Shown: positions 1 through 9,087 of the stretch, in pieces | Numbering within the stretch: the stretch's first letter is position 1 | Layout: each line of letters starts with the position of its first letter | Source of the DNA: Campylobacterales bacterium | GTDB lineage: Bacteria > Campylobacterota > Campylobacteria > Campylobacterales > JALSKU01 | Assembly (NCBI GenBank): GCA_026988685.1 | Contig: JALSKU010000202.1 | Coordinates: forward strand, 1-36,787 | Length of the DNA stretch: 36,787 nucleotides | Direction: 5' to 3' | Notes under the pieces: generated by a model | Databases searched by the model: none | Seen by the model: only the letters and a program-made list of their open reading frames with translations | Told to the model about the DNA's origin: nothing | Program-made: the position numbers and the translations under genes

Positions 1-2
1 AA

Positions 3-569
3 GTGGTGTGTGTGGGCAGAAATTATGTAGAGCATATAAAAGAGCTTGGTAATGAGATGCCTGAAGATATGGTGCTGTTTTGCAAGCCAAACTCGTCTAT
101 CTCAAGTGAGTTGAGGTATGTTGGCGAAGATGGGCATTATGAGGCTGAGATCTCTTTTTTGATCTTAGATGACGATATAAAAGGTGTTGGCTTTGGACTT
201 GATTTGACAAAGAGAGACATACAAAGCAAGCTAAAGAGCAAGGGTTTACCATGGGAGAGAGCAAAAGCGTTTGACGGGGCGGCTGTTTTTAGTGAGTTTG
301 TTCATATAGAAAAAAGCGATATCGACTCTCTCGAAGTAGAGCTTTTGATAAATGGAAAGTTGGTGCAAAAAGGTGGAGTAGAGCTTATGATATACAAGCC
401 GGAAGAGATTATAAAAGAGATAAAAAGCTTTATGAGTTTGGAAGATGGAGATATAGTGATGAGCGGAACACCAAAAGGGGTTGGGAAGTTTAAAAAAGGT
501 GACTTGTTTAGGGGGAAGATAATTTGTAAAAACAAGTTTTTAGCAGAAAAAGAGTGGATAGCTTTGTAA
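3..569 (+). CDS. Fumarylacetoacetate hydrolase family protein (5' end at window edge)
   Basis: Motifs CVGRNY..H..E, HYEAE, DLTKRD, WERAKAFDG, GDIVMSGTPKGVG. Confidence 0.9.
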   Translation: MVCVGRNYVEHIKELGNEMPEDMVLFCKPNSSISSELRYVGEDGHYEAEISFLILDDDIKGVGFGLDLTKRDIQSKLKSKGLPWERAKAFDGAAVFSEFVHIEKSDIDSLEVELLINGKLVQKGGVELMIYKPEEIIKEIKSFMSLEDGDIVMSGTPKGVGKFKKGDLFRGKIICKNKFLAEKEWIAL

Positions 570-639
570 AAATAAAAGTTTTTATTGGCTAAACTTGTAG
601 AATTATTAATAAAAATATGTAATAAATAAGGAGTAGATA

Positions 640-2778
640 ATGTTTAAGAATATGTCAATATCAAAAAAAGTTCAGATACCTTTGATCCTGATTATTATTT
701 TGGGTTTTGCCGTAGTGGGGATAGAAGATTACTACTCTATAAAAAAGATAAAAGAAGATGCATATGTCTCTACGGCAAAGGAGTTTAAAATTGCTCTGGA
801 TGACCAAATTAGATCCAAAGAGAATGTGTGGATGACAAATGCCATGCTTTTGGCAAAAAACAAAGATATCATCAATGCAATACTGGCGGATGAAAAATCA
901 GTATTGCAATCAACTATAGCAGGACTTGGGAAGCTTTATAGAAAAAACACACCTTTTAAAAAGGTAGCCATTCATATCATAGACCCAAATCTAAAGTCAT
1001 ACTTTAAGTCTTGGAATCCCGGTAGTTTTGGCGATGATTTAAGCTACAGGAAGTCGTATCAAAAAGTAAAAGAGACTAAAAAACCTCTGACAACTTTTGA
1101 AGTGGACGAAAAAGGTTTGAGGTTAAAAAGTATATATCCTGTTATGAGTGGAAACTCCCTGATAGGTATACTTGAGTTTAGCGGGGGTATCAACAACTTT
1201 GGAGGAGCATTAAAGAAGAGCGGCATAGACTTTTTATATTTTGTGGATAAAAAATATGCCGGTATTTTCAAAAAAGCAAAAAAACTTAAAGACGGTTATC
1301 CGCTATCTAGCTCAAAACATATAGACAAAGAGTTTTTAAACTATGTTATGTCTTCTAAATTTAAATTGGAAAAAGCTCTCAAAGAGAGATATTATATAGA
1401 TGACAAATATTTTACAAAAGTGTTCGCGCTAAAAGATTTTGAAGGCCAGACTGTGGGAGAAGTGCTTATGGGATCAAAAAGCAGCGTGGTTCAAAAAGCT
1501 GCCGATGATGCCACAAAATCAACCATAACGCAAATAATAGTTATCGCCATTGTTGACCTGTTTTTACTTATCTTTATACTTCTTCTTATAAAGGGTGCTG
1601 TTATAAAACCTATAAAAGAGCTTGATAAGGTTGCTAAAGATCTCACCAAAGGTGAGGCAGATCTTTCAAAAAGGCTTGAGATAGATTCAAACGATGAGAT
1701 AGGAGTGGCTGTCAAAAACTTCAATATCTTCTTAGATAAAGTGGAGGCCTTGGCAAAGGATGCTGAGAAGAAAGCTCTCGAGGCCCAAAAAGCAAGCAAA
1801 GAGGCAAATGAGAACCTCAAGAAAAGTAACTTGTTTGTAAAATTATCGGAAGTTTTGATGGATGGAGTTATGCATGACTCAAAAGACCTTCAAGAAAATA
1901 TCCATGACAATGTGGATAATATCGAAGAGATCAATAAAACAAATGATCAGGCTAGTGAGATAGTTAAAGAGGTTCAAAAAAGTACCGATGAGATAGTAGC
2001 AAATATCAATGAGATAGCTGAAATGATGCACTCTTCCAGAGAGAGTTCCGAGCAGGTAAGTCAAAATGTCGAAGAGATAAACAGTGTCATAGCTCTCATC
2101 AAAGATATCTCTGATCAAACCAATCTACTAGCTTTAAATGCTGCCATAGAAGCCGCAAGAGCAGGGGAGCATGGAAGAGGCTTTGCCGTAGTTGCCGATG
2201 AGGTGAGAAAGCTAGCTGAGAGGACCCAAAAGGCTACAGGAGAGGTTGAGGCAAATATCAATATCCTAAAACAAAACTCCAACCAGATGGTAGAGAGTAA
2301 CGAAAAAACAGTAGAGATAACCGATGCTTCAACAAGAAGACTTGAAGAATTTACAAATGTTCTAAACAGACTGATAGATAATGCAAATGAGATCAAAAAG
2401 AGAAATAAAGATGTAACTGATGAACTCTTTATATCACTAGCAAAGATAGACTACACTATGTTTAAACTTAATGGCTATAAGTCTGTTTATAAGGCTGATG
2501 GAAGTTTAAATGTAGCTGATGCTCAAAATTGCCGATTTGGTAAGTGGTATAACTCAAAAGAGGGCAAAGATGCCTTTGGTGATACCTCTTTATATGGTAA
2601 CATAGTTACTCCTCATAGAGCTGTTCATGAGAAGGTCAGTGAAATTGTCTCTATAGTTAGATCAAACGAGCAGACCAAAAAGGCTGATGAGATCATAAAA
2701 CTTGCAAAAGAGACAGAGAAAAATTCTCAAGAGCTATTTAAGATACTAAATGAGATGATAATGGAGAGGCAATCATAG
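640..2778 (+). CDS. Methyl-accepting chemotaxis protein (TM-Cache-like sensor-TM-HAMP-MCP signal-CZB)
   Basis: Two TM segments, HAMP (DLSKRL..DEIG), signalling motif [38 protein letters not shown]-terminal CRFGKWY...HRAVH; SD AAGGAG. Confidence 0.93.
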   Translation: MFKNMSISKKVQIPLILIIILGFAVVGIEDYYSIKKIKEDAYVSTAKEFKIALDDQIRSKENVWMTNAMLLAKNKDIINAILADEKSVLQSTIAGLGKLYRKNTPFKKVAIHIIDPNLKSYFKSWNPGSFGDDLSYRKSYQKVKETKKPLTTFEVDEKGLRLKSIYPVMSGNSLIGILEFSGGINNFGGALKKSGIDFLYFVDKKYAGIFKKAKKLKDGYPLSSSKHIDKEFLNYVMSSKFKLEKALKERYYIDDKYFTKVFALKDFEGQTVGEVLMGSKSSVVQKAADDATKSTITQIIVIAIVDLFLLIFILLLIKGAVIKPIKELDKVAKDLTKGEADLSKRLEIDSNDEIGVAVKNFNIFLDKVEALAKDAEKKALEAQKASKEANENLKKSNLFVKLSEVLMDGVMHDSKDLQENIHDNVDNIEEINKTNDQASEIVKEVQKSTDEIVANINEIAEMMHSSRESSEQVSQNVEEINSVIALIKDISDQTNLLALNAAIEAARAGEHGRGFAVVADEVRKLAERTQKATGEVEANINILKQNSNQMVESNEKTVEITDASTRRLEEFTNVLNRLIDNANEIKKRNKDVTDELFISLAKIDYTMFKLNGYKSVYKADGSLNVADAQNCRFGKWYNSKEGKDAFGDTSLYGNIVTPHRAVHEKVSEIVSIVRSNEQTKKADEIIKLAKETEKNSQELFKILNEMIMERQS

Positions 2779-2788
2779 TATAAAATTG

Positions 2789-2820
2789 CCCGCTCTTCAG
2801 GTGATGAGGAGCGGGGCTTT
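2789..2820 (+). terminator. GC-rich hairpin between convergent genes, probable intrinsic terminator
   Basis: CCCGCTCTTCA-GGTGA-TGAGGAGCGGG 11-bp stem (one G-U) followed by GCTTT. Confidence 0.65.
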
Positions 2821-2824
2821 GAAA

Positions 2825-3118
2825 CTAGTGTAAAGAGCTGACATATGAAGCTATGGCTTCTATATCGCTGTTACTTAGGTTTTTAACCTGTTGCCTCATG
2901 ACATACTCATCACTTTCTAAATTGCCGTCTCTATAATACTTTAGCCTTTTTACTATCTTGTTCTTTGTCCATCCTTGGATAACATCCGATCTGCCAAGAG
3001 CATGTTTTTAGGCTTTTGCGCCATGACAAGCTACACACCTTTGAAAGAGTGTAGCACCATCTGCAGCCATCAAAGAGCTTGCCGCCACTACAACTAAAGA
3101 TAAAAATATCTTTTTCAT
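2825..3118 (-). pseudogene. Cytochrome c553-like monoheme cytochrome with in-frame TAA at codon 37
   Basis: Manual translation, frame not in ORF track: MKKIFLSLVVVAASSLMAADGATLFQRCVACHGAKA*KHALGRSDVIQGW...YVMRQQVKNLSNSDIEAIASYVSSLH; signal peptide, CxxCH, distal Met; stop at 3008-3010. Confidence 0.85.
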
Positions 3119-3134
3119 TTTCCATTCTTTCATT

Positions 3135-3211
3135 TGAAATTAAGTGAAATTATAATATTTTGTTATGAACTAAAAATGAAATGCATTTAGTACAATTCAT
3201 CTATATTTCAT
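3135..3211. promoter_or_regulatory. Tandem TGAA/TTCA direct repeats at 10-11 bp period, candidate OmpR-family binding sites in a divergent promoter
   Basis: TGAAATT at 3135 and 3145; ATGAA at 3165 and 3176; TTCAT at 3196 and 3207; OmpR-family regulator lies downstream. Confidence 0.4.
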
Positions 3212-3240
3212 TTTCAAAGAGTACTATTGCATAAAAAATT

Positions 3241-3684
3241 ATGACTAGGAGTATAAATTTGAGTAAGACAAAGATCATCTTAACGATAGTAGCACTGCTT
3301 TTGGTGATACAGATAATACCATATGGTAAAAACCATACAAACCCCAAGGCCATAAGCCATCCTAACTGGGATAGTCAAAGAACAAAAAAGCTTTTTTACA
3401 GAGCCTGCGGCGATTGCCACAGTTTTCAAACCAAATGGCCGTCATATAGCAATATAGCACCAATATCTTGGCTGGTATATAGTGATGTTGTAGAGGGTAG
3501 AGATCACTTTAATGTTTCCAATATAGGAGGGCAAAATCGAAATAAACTAAAAGAAGCCGCTGAAAGCATCAAAGAGGGTGAGATGCCGATGTTTATATAT
3601 ACTATTATGCATAAAAACGCAAGATTGAGCGATAAAGAGAAGCAGGATCTTATACAAGGATTGCAAGCTACATTTGGACAGTAG
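3241..3684 (+). CDS. Heme-binding domain protein (Haem_bd, c-type CxxCH)
   Basis: N-terminal hydrophobic anchor, RACGDCHS..T.WP.YS.IAPISWLV..DV.EGR.HFN.S, EGEMP. Confidence 0.85.
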   Translation: MTRSINLSKTKIILTIVALLLVIQIIPYGKNHTNPKAISHPNWDSQRTKKLFYRACGDCHSFQTKWPSYSNIAPISWLVYSDVVEGRDHFNVSNIGGQNRNKLKEAAESIKEGEMPMFIYTIMHKNARLSDKEKQDLIQGLQATFGQ

Positions 3685-3698
3685 CATAAAAGGGGGTA

Positions 3699-4358
3699 AT
3701 GGTGAAGATACTGATAGTTGAGGATGAAAAGGACATACTCTCTTTTTTAAAGCGTGGTTTTGAGGAAGAGGGCTATGTCGTTGATACCGCCGATAATGGT
3801 CAAGACGGAGAATATAAAATAGCGCTAAATCATTATGATATCATAATTTTAGACTGGATGCTACCTGAAAAAAGTGGTATTGAGATCTTGAAATGTATAA
3901 TAAAGATGGAAATAAAAACACCTGTTGTTCTCTTGACAGCAAAAGATGAAGTAAAAGATAAAGTCGAAGCTCTTAAGATAGGCGCCGATGACTATGTAAC
4001 AAAACCTTTTAGTTTTGAAGAGTTGGAAGCTAGGGTGGAGTCGCTATATAGAAGAAGTATATCCAAAGGAAGCAATACTATAGAGTTTCAAGATATCATT
4101 ATAGACATACCTTCAAAGCAAGTTACAAAAGCAGGAAGTATAGTAGAACTTTTGGCAAAAGAGTATGAACTACTTCTATTTTTGATAAAAAATAAAAACT
4201 GCTTTGTATCGGTTAATAAGATCTACGATGCGATTTGGGGCGATGAAGAGTTTATTAACAGCAATGTTATACAAGTTATCATATATAGGCTTAGAAAAAA
4301 ACCAGGGAAAGATCTTGTAAAAAGTTCCAGAGGGTTAGGCTATAAAATTGAACTTTAA
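3699..4358 (+). CDS. OmpR-family response regulator
   Basis: Receiver motifs ILIVEDE, LDWMLP, GADDYVTKPF; winged-helix C-terminus RLRKK..RGLGY. Confidence 0.92.
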   Translation: MVKILIVEDEKDILSFLKRGFEEEGYVVDTADNGQDGEYKIALNHYDIIILDWMLPEKSGIEILKCIIKMEIKTPVVLLTAKDEVKDKVEALKIGADDYVTKPFSFEELEARVESLYRRSISKGSNTIEFQDIIIDIPSKQVTKAGSIVELLAKEYELLLFLIKNKNCFVSVNKIYDAIWGDEEFINSNVIQVIIYRLRKKPGKDLVKSSRGLGYKIEL

Positions 4359-5676
4359 TAGTTTAAAAACGAAGAGTCTAGCGTGGTTTTTTATAAGCAT
4401 AGTGGCAGTTTTAGCTCTGTTTAATTTGCTTTTTTATATCTTTTTGGAAAAAAATAATGCCAAGATAACAGAGGCTGCACTTTTTGGTAAAGCCATGATA
4501 TTTAAAAAGGATATGAACAATTTTATAAAAAGTACGGTTATAGACAACAGACAATATCCTGAGTATGAAATAGCAATATTAAAACAAAAAAATGTTATAT
4601 CAAAGACAAAAAATTTTCCTAAAAAGTTACTGCAAAAGTATATAGATGCCAAAGAGCACTTTTTTATCTTTTCGTCTAAAAGCAAAAAAGGTGCACTATA
4701 TATACTTGATATCTCCAGCCCTTTTGACGGCCATATAGCTGTATATCAGCATGAGATAGATGAGAAAATAGAGTCTATTTTGGATATGATGTATCTGCTA
4801 AACCCTCTGCTTTTCTTGCTGCTTATGCTCATAGGAGCGAAGCTCATAGATAAAACAGCTAAACCCATAAAAGATATAACAGATAATGCGAAAAAAATAT
4901 CTATAGATAACTTTAATCACAATATCAATAAAAATTATAAAGAGAAAAGAGTTAAAGGAGCTTGTGGAAGCCTTTAACGAAATGATCGGCAGGATAGAAG
5001 ATGGCACAAAAAAATTAGAGAGGTTTAACAGTGATGTCTCTCACGAACTAAAGACTCCTATAACAGCCATAAAAGGAGAGATAGAGGTAACTCTAAAAAG
5101 AAAAAGGGAAGTTAAGGAGTACGAGGAGAGCCTAAGAAGCATAGATACTCAGATAGATAATATAAAAAATATAGTAGAAGATCTGCTTTTATTGAGTAAG
5201 TTTTCTAAAGATACGGTGCGTAAGACTTTTGAAAATTGTCAAGTTGATATGATCATTTTGGAAATAGTTGAAAACTTTAGAAAACTTGCGAAAGAAAAAG
5301 ATATAAAAATCATCATAAAGCAAATTGAGCCGGTAAATATGACAGCAAATGATCAAATGCTCAAAATATCCATATCCAACTTGATAGATAATGCCATCAA
5401 ATACTCAAAAGAGAGAAAAAAAGGGTGTATATATCACTATATAAGAAGGATAAAGTATATATAAAAGTTGAAGATGAGGGTATCGGAATAGAAAAAAAGA
5501 ATTTGCCATATTTGACAGATAGATTTTACAGAGTGGATGAGTCAAGAAGTAAAAAGATAAAAGGTTTTGGCTTGGGGCTTAGTATCGTAAAAAACTTCAT
5601 AGATCTTCATGGAGGAGAGATAAAGATCTCTTCAAAAAAAGGCAAAGGGACATCTATAACACTCTCTTTTGACTAA
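4348..5676 (+). pseudogene. Sensor histidine kinase split by two frameshifts
   Basis: ORFs 4348-4977 (TM/HAMP), 4964-5464 (SHELKTP H-box, NLIDNAIKYS) and 5425-5676 (DEGIGI, DRFYRVD, GFGLGLSIV) join into one kinase; shifts at the A4 run 4945-4948 and at GAGAGA/A7 around 5411-5424. Confidence 0.85.
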
Positions 5677-5771
5677 TTAGCGCCGGCTACTGCAGCATTT
5701 ACAAAAAGTTTTATAATACATCAATTGTTTTCTAAGCAGCTTCAAAATTTATGAAAGTCTAAGAAAAGCTC

Positions 5772-5798
5772 TGTTATAATTAACTAAATGGTTAGTTA
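5772..5798 (+). promoter_or_regulatory. Extended -10 (TGTTATAAT) followed by palindromic TetR operator TAACTAA-ATGG-TTAGTTA
   Basis: Perfect 7-bp inverted arms at 5781-5798, directly upstream of the TetR SD (AGGAG). Confidence 0.7.
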
Positions 5799-5807
5799 GG
5801 AGTAGCA

Positions 5808-6425
5808 ATGGGTGAGATTAGAGATGCCAATAGGAGCAAAAAGAGTATCATAGTAGCAGCTACTAAGCTTTTTGCTAAAGATGGTTTTGACGGTGTAAGC
5901 GTTGATGCCATAGCAAAAGAGGCTGGGGTAAATAAAGCGATGCTCTACTACTACTATAAAAACAAATCAAAACTTTATGAAGTGGTAGTAGATATGGTTT
6001 TGGAAGATATTTATAAAACCGTGCTAGAAAAAAACTCTCAACATAAAAAACCTATAGATAAACTATACTCTTTTATCGAAACCTTTGCCAAATATGCTAA
6101 AGCCAATCCGCACCTCTCCTTTTTTATGTTAAATGAGTTGGCAAGTGATGGTAAAAAGTTGCCAAGAGATATGTTTTTGGGACTTAGAAAGATATTTGGA
6201 CTGCTAGTGGATATACTAAAAGAGGGAGAAAAAAAAGGGTGTTTTAAAAAAACAAAGCCTATCATAGTCCATTTTATGATAGTGGGTGCTATCAATCTCT
6301 TTATATCCACCAAAAATTTAAGAAAAAGCGTAGAGGATGAACTGGGTGCAGAGGTTTGCAACGAATGTAAGATAGATGAAGTTGCAAGATACTTATATGA
6401 CTACATAACCAAGGGGATTTCATGA
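5808..6425 (+). CDS. TetR/AcrR family regulator
   Basis: LFAKDGFDGVSVDAIAKEAGVNKAMLYYYYKNKSKLY HTH. Confidence 0.93.
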   Translation: MGEIRDANRSKKSIIVAATKLFAKDGFDGVSVDAIAKEAGVNKAMLYYYYKNKSKLYEVVVDMVLEDIYKTVLEKNSQHKKPIDKLYSFIETFAKYAKANPHLSFFMLNELASDGKKLPRDMFLGLRKIFGLLVDILKEGEKKGCFKKTKPIIVHFMIVGAINLFISTKNLRKSVEDELGAEVCNECKIDEVARYLYDYITKGIS

Positions 6426-7699
6426 AATATATAGCTATAATCATTACCGTTTTATCTTTTCAGATAAATTCATTCGCACTTAGCATGACTGACCTGTTTG
6501 AAGCACTGAAAAAACAGCCTGTATCCAAAGTGGATGCACTACAAGTCAGGGAGGCCAATGTAGGTGTAAAAAGTGCAAAAGATGCACTCTATCCTAAGTT
6601 ATATCTAATAGGCTCATACAATCACTATAACAGACCATCAAGCCTAAGACCTGTGCTTCCTACGGAAACCCCTACACTTTTGGCTGAAGACAAACCACTT
6701 CCTTTTAGCAAGGATATCACAAAGGTTGGAGTTGATCTTAATTTTCCTATTTTTGTCAAATCTTTATACACTATTAGAGATAAGGCAAAGCTTATAAAGT
6801 TATCTTCAAAACAAAAAAGCAGACTAAACCTCATCCAAAGAGAGGCTAAGATCTTAGGTGCCAATGCATCTTTGAACTATCTTGAGTATCTAAAGATAGC
6901 ACTAAATGAGAAGAGAAAGTCACTTCTTAAAATGAGGAAAGATATAGTTTTAAAGGTGGCTAACGGTAGAGCGGCTCCTGTGGCGCTAAACAAGATAGAC
7001 CAGAGTCTAAACAGTATAGATATCGCAAAAAACAAGATAGATCTAAGTAAAAATGAGATATCTTCACTTATCGAGACGCTAACCGGCATAAGAGTAGATA
7101 AGAGTATAGAGTTTTATCAGGCAAAAGAGATAAAAAAAGAGAGCATCTTTGCGCTCTTGCCGCTTAAAAATCTGCTAAAAGCCAAAAAAGTGGGACTCAA
7201 AGCTGCAAAAGAGGCGCTTTATCCGGCGCTTTTTTTAAATGCCAACTACTTTAAAAGCTATGCTGATGGCTACAATAACGACAAATCCATAACCACAGGC
7301 TTTGGAACTATAGGAGTTAAACTAGTGATGCCTCTGTATGACAGAAGCAAATATACTCACATCCAAAAAGCAAGAGTAGCGTATGAAAAAGAGAGAGCCA
7401 TATTGGCGAAAACAAAAAATGAACTTCTTGTAAAAGCAAAAGAGTTAGAAAATGATATAAACCTCTTAAAAAGAAGCGAAGAGCTAACCAAAAAAAGCAT
7501 AAAAAATCAAAAAGAGCTTTTAAAAGTTGCAAAAGTAGCTTTTAAAAATGAGCGAATGAGCGAAGAGGAGTATCTAAGATATGAAGATAAACTAAGTTCC
7601 CTAAGAGCAACTTTAGCTCAAGTAAAAGCAAAAAAATGGCAGGACTTAGCCCAGCTTGCCGTAATATACGGAAATGATTTGGAAGGAGTGGTAAGATGA
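6422..7699 (+). CDS. TolC-family outer membrane efflux protein
   Basis: Signal peptide, two ALYP repeats, coiled-coil helices; operon context; ATGA overlap. Confidence 0.85.
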   Translation: MKYIAIIITVLSFQINSFALSMTDLFEALKKQPVSKVDALQVREANVGVKSAKDALYPKLYLIGSYNHYNRPSSLRPVLPTETPTLLAEDKPLPFSKDITKVGVDLNFPIFVKSLYTIRDKAKLIKLSSKQKSRLNLIQREAKILGANASLNYLEYLKIALNEKRKSLLKMRKDIVLKVANGRAAPVALNKIDQSLNSIDIAKNKIDLSKNEISSLIETLTGIRVDKSIEFYQAKEIKKESIFALLPLKNLLKAKKVGLKAAKEALYPALFLNANYFKSYADGYNNDKSITTGFGTIGVKLVMPLYDRSKYTHIQKARVAYEKERAILAKTKNELLVKAKELENDINLLKRSEELTKKSIKNQKELLKVAKVAFKNERMSEEEYLRYEDKLSSLRATLAQVKAKKWQDLAQLAVIYGNDLEGVVR

Positions 7700-8787
7700 A
7701 GTTTTTAAAAGGTTTGATAGTTGTTTTGATAGCGGCAGTTTTGGTAGTCGGCGGGATCAGGTTGGTTAAAAAGAAAAAGGCTGAAGAAGCAAGGATAGAA
7801 GCAGCCAAAACTTATAAAGTAGTGGTTGACTCTATGAAGTTAAAGAGCAAAATATTTAGCCTTTCGTTGCCGTACTTAGCTACCGTAGCAAGTGACAATA
7901 GAGCAGTCATATCGACTAAAGTTGCCGGCAGGATTCTAAAGATAGTTAAAAGCGGGGAAAAAGTTAAAAAGGGAGATATTTTAGTAAAGATTGATGATAG
8001 TGAGCTAAAGAGTAAGCTAGAGGCTTTAAGGTTATCGATAAACTCTATCCGCATCAATCTATCAGCAAAAAAGATAGTTCTAAAAAATGCTCTTTTAACA
8101 CATAAAAGAACAAAAGAGCTTCTTGATGTAAAAGGAGCTTCGATCGAACAGTATCAAAACGAAGAGGACAAGATAACCTTGTTAAAAGCCTCTATTGCGT
8201 CACTTAAAAGCAACATAGCAATAAACAAAGCAAAGATAGATGAGATAAAAAATTTACTCAGTTATACTGTTATAAAGGCTCCGTTTGATGGTGTAGTAAG
8301 CAAAACCAATGCAACTATCTTAGATATGGCGATGCCAGGAAAACCCTTGGCATTTTTACAGGCTCTTAAAGGTAACTATCTTGTAGTAGCACTTCCAGAT
8401 AGCGTAAAGGCTAAAGAGATACTCTATGAGGGTAAGAGTTATCCTCTTATCTCTTTACACTCTACCGTTAATGGACTTGAAAAGTATAAAGTATTGGCAA
8501 AGGTTAAGGAGAGCATAGGAAGCAGGGTCAATGTGAAAGTTAAAACATTTGATGGGGATGGTGTTTGGCTTCCACTAAATGCTCTCCTTCAGATAAACAA
8601 TAAGAGCTATATATTTGTTATAGATAAAGATGTGGCAAAACCTGTCGGCGTAAAACTTTTGGCTGACGGAGAAGAGGGGTATGCTATAGATAAAAAATAT
8701 GAAGGGAAAAAAGTAGTTTTGGCAAAGCCGGATATATTTCTAAAACTTTTGGCAGGAACGAGGATAGAATTAAGAATTAAGAGTTAA
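7696..8787 (+). CDS. RND efflux periplasmic adaptor (MFP)
   Basis: Lipoyl-like halves KVAGRI..VKSGEKVKKGDILVKID and IKAPFDGVV flanking a coiled coil. Confidence 0.9.
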   Translation: MKFLKGLIVVLIAAVLVVGGIRLVKKKKAEEARIEAAKTYKVVVDSMKLKSKIFSLSLPYLATVASDNRAVISTKVAGRILKIVKSGEKVKKGDILVKIDDSELKSKLEALRLSINSIRINLSAKKIVLKNALLTHKRTKELLDVKGASIEQYQNEEDKITLLKASIASLKSNIAINKAKIDEIKNLLSYTVIKAPFDGVVSKTNATILDMAMPGKPLAFLQALKGNYLVVALPDSVKAKEILYEGKSYPLISLHSTVNGLEKYKVLAKVKESIGSRVNVKVKTFDGDGVWLPLNALLQINNKSYIFVIDKDVAKPVGVKLLADGEEGYAIDKKYEGKKVVLAKPDIFLKLLAGTRIELRIKS

Positions 8788-8802
8788 GAATTAAGGAATG
8801 GA

Positions 8803-8895
8803 GATTTAAATTTCTGCAAAACATATGCAGCGGAAGGGTTAAAATCTTTGATTTTGGGGTACCCACCGTGAATCCGTTTTGAAGAAGTTTAAATC
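8803..8895. mobile_element. 93-bp MITE/REP-like palindromic element with 20-bp terminal IRs and flanking GGAATGGA direct repeats
   Basis: GATTTAAATTTCTGCAAAAC (8803-8822) vs GTTTTGAAGAAGTTTAAATC (8876-8895), 18/20 complementary; inner stems GCGG/CCGT, GGGT/ACCC, AAAATC/GATTTT; GGAATGGA at 8795-8802 and 8896-8903. Confidence 0.55.
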
Positions 8896-8936
8896 GGAAT
8901 GGATTTTAAAGTGAAGAATTAAGAGTGGAGGATGGA

Positions 8937-9026
8937 TTGGATAACAATATTATTTATGATAAAAGTTATAAGTTTGCATTGAGAGTTGTAAAGCTTTATC
9001 AATATTTAAAAAATGAACACAAATAG
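8937..9026 (+). pseudogene. Four-helix-bundle protein (23S rRNA IVP / Avd-like family) N-terminal remnant
   Basis: SD GGAGGA (8927-8932), TTG start, (M)DNNIIYDKSYKFALRVVKLYQYLKNEHK*, resembling the family's first helix; in-frame tail SKIKNSKLLILNS* follows the TAG. Confidence 0.7.
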
Positions 9027-9087
9027 TCTAAAATTAAGAACTCAAAACTCTTAATTCTTAACTCTTAATTCTTAATTTCAAAGGATA

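Larger units (their letters stand above)
8767..9078. repeat. Intervening element bounded by inverted heptamer arrays (GARTTAA)x4 / (TTAAYTC)x4
   Basis: 8767-8794 GAATTAA GAATTAA GAGTTAA GAATTAA; 9051-9078 TTAATTC TTAACTC TTAATTC TTAATTT; 8768-8794 is the exact reverse complement of 9051-9077; degenerate units also at 8916-8936. Confidence 0.9.

Noticed and set aside
2931-3125. 64-aa Cys-rich ORF on the - strand
   Set aside because: Shadow frame of the cytochrome c pseudogene at 2825-3118
8767-9078. CRISPR array or diversity-generating retroelement (Avd-like fragment)
   Set aside because: Repeats are 7-nt tandem units without spacers; no cas or reverse transcriptase gene and no TR/VR pair in the window
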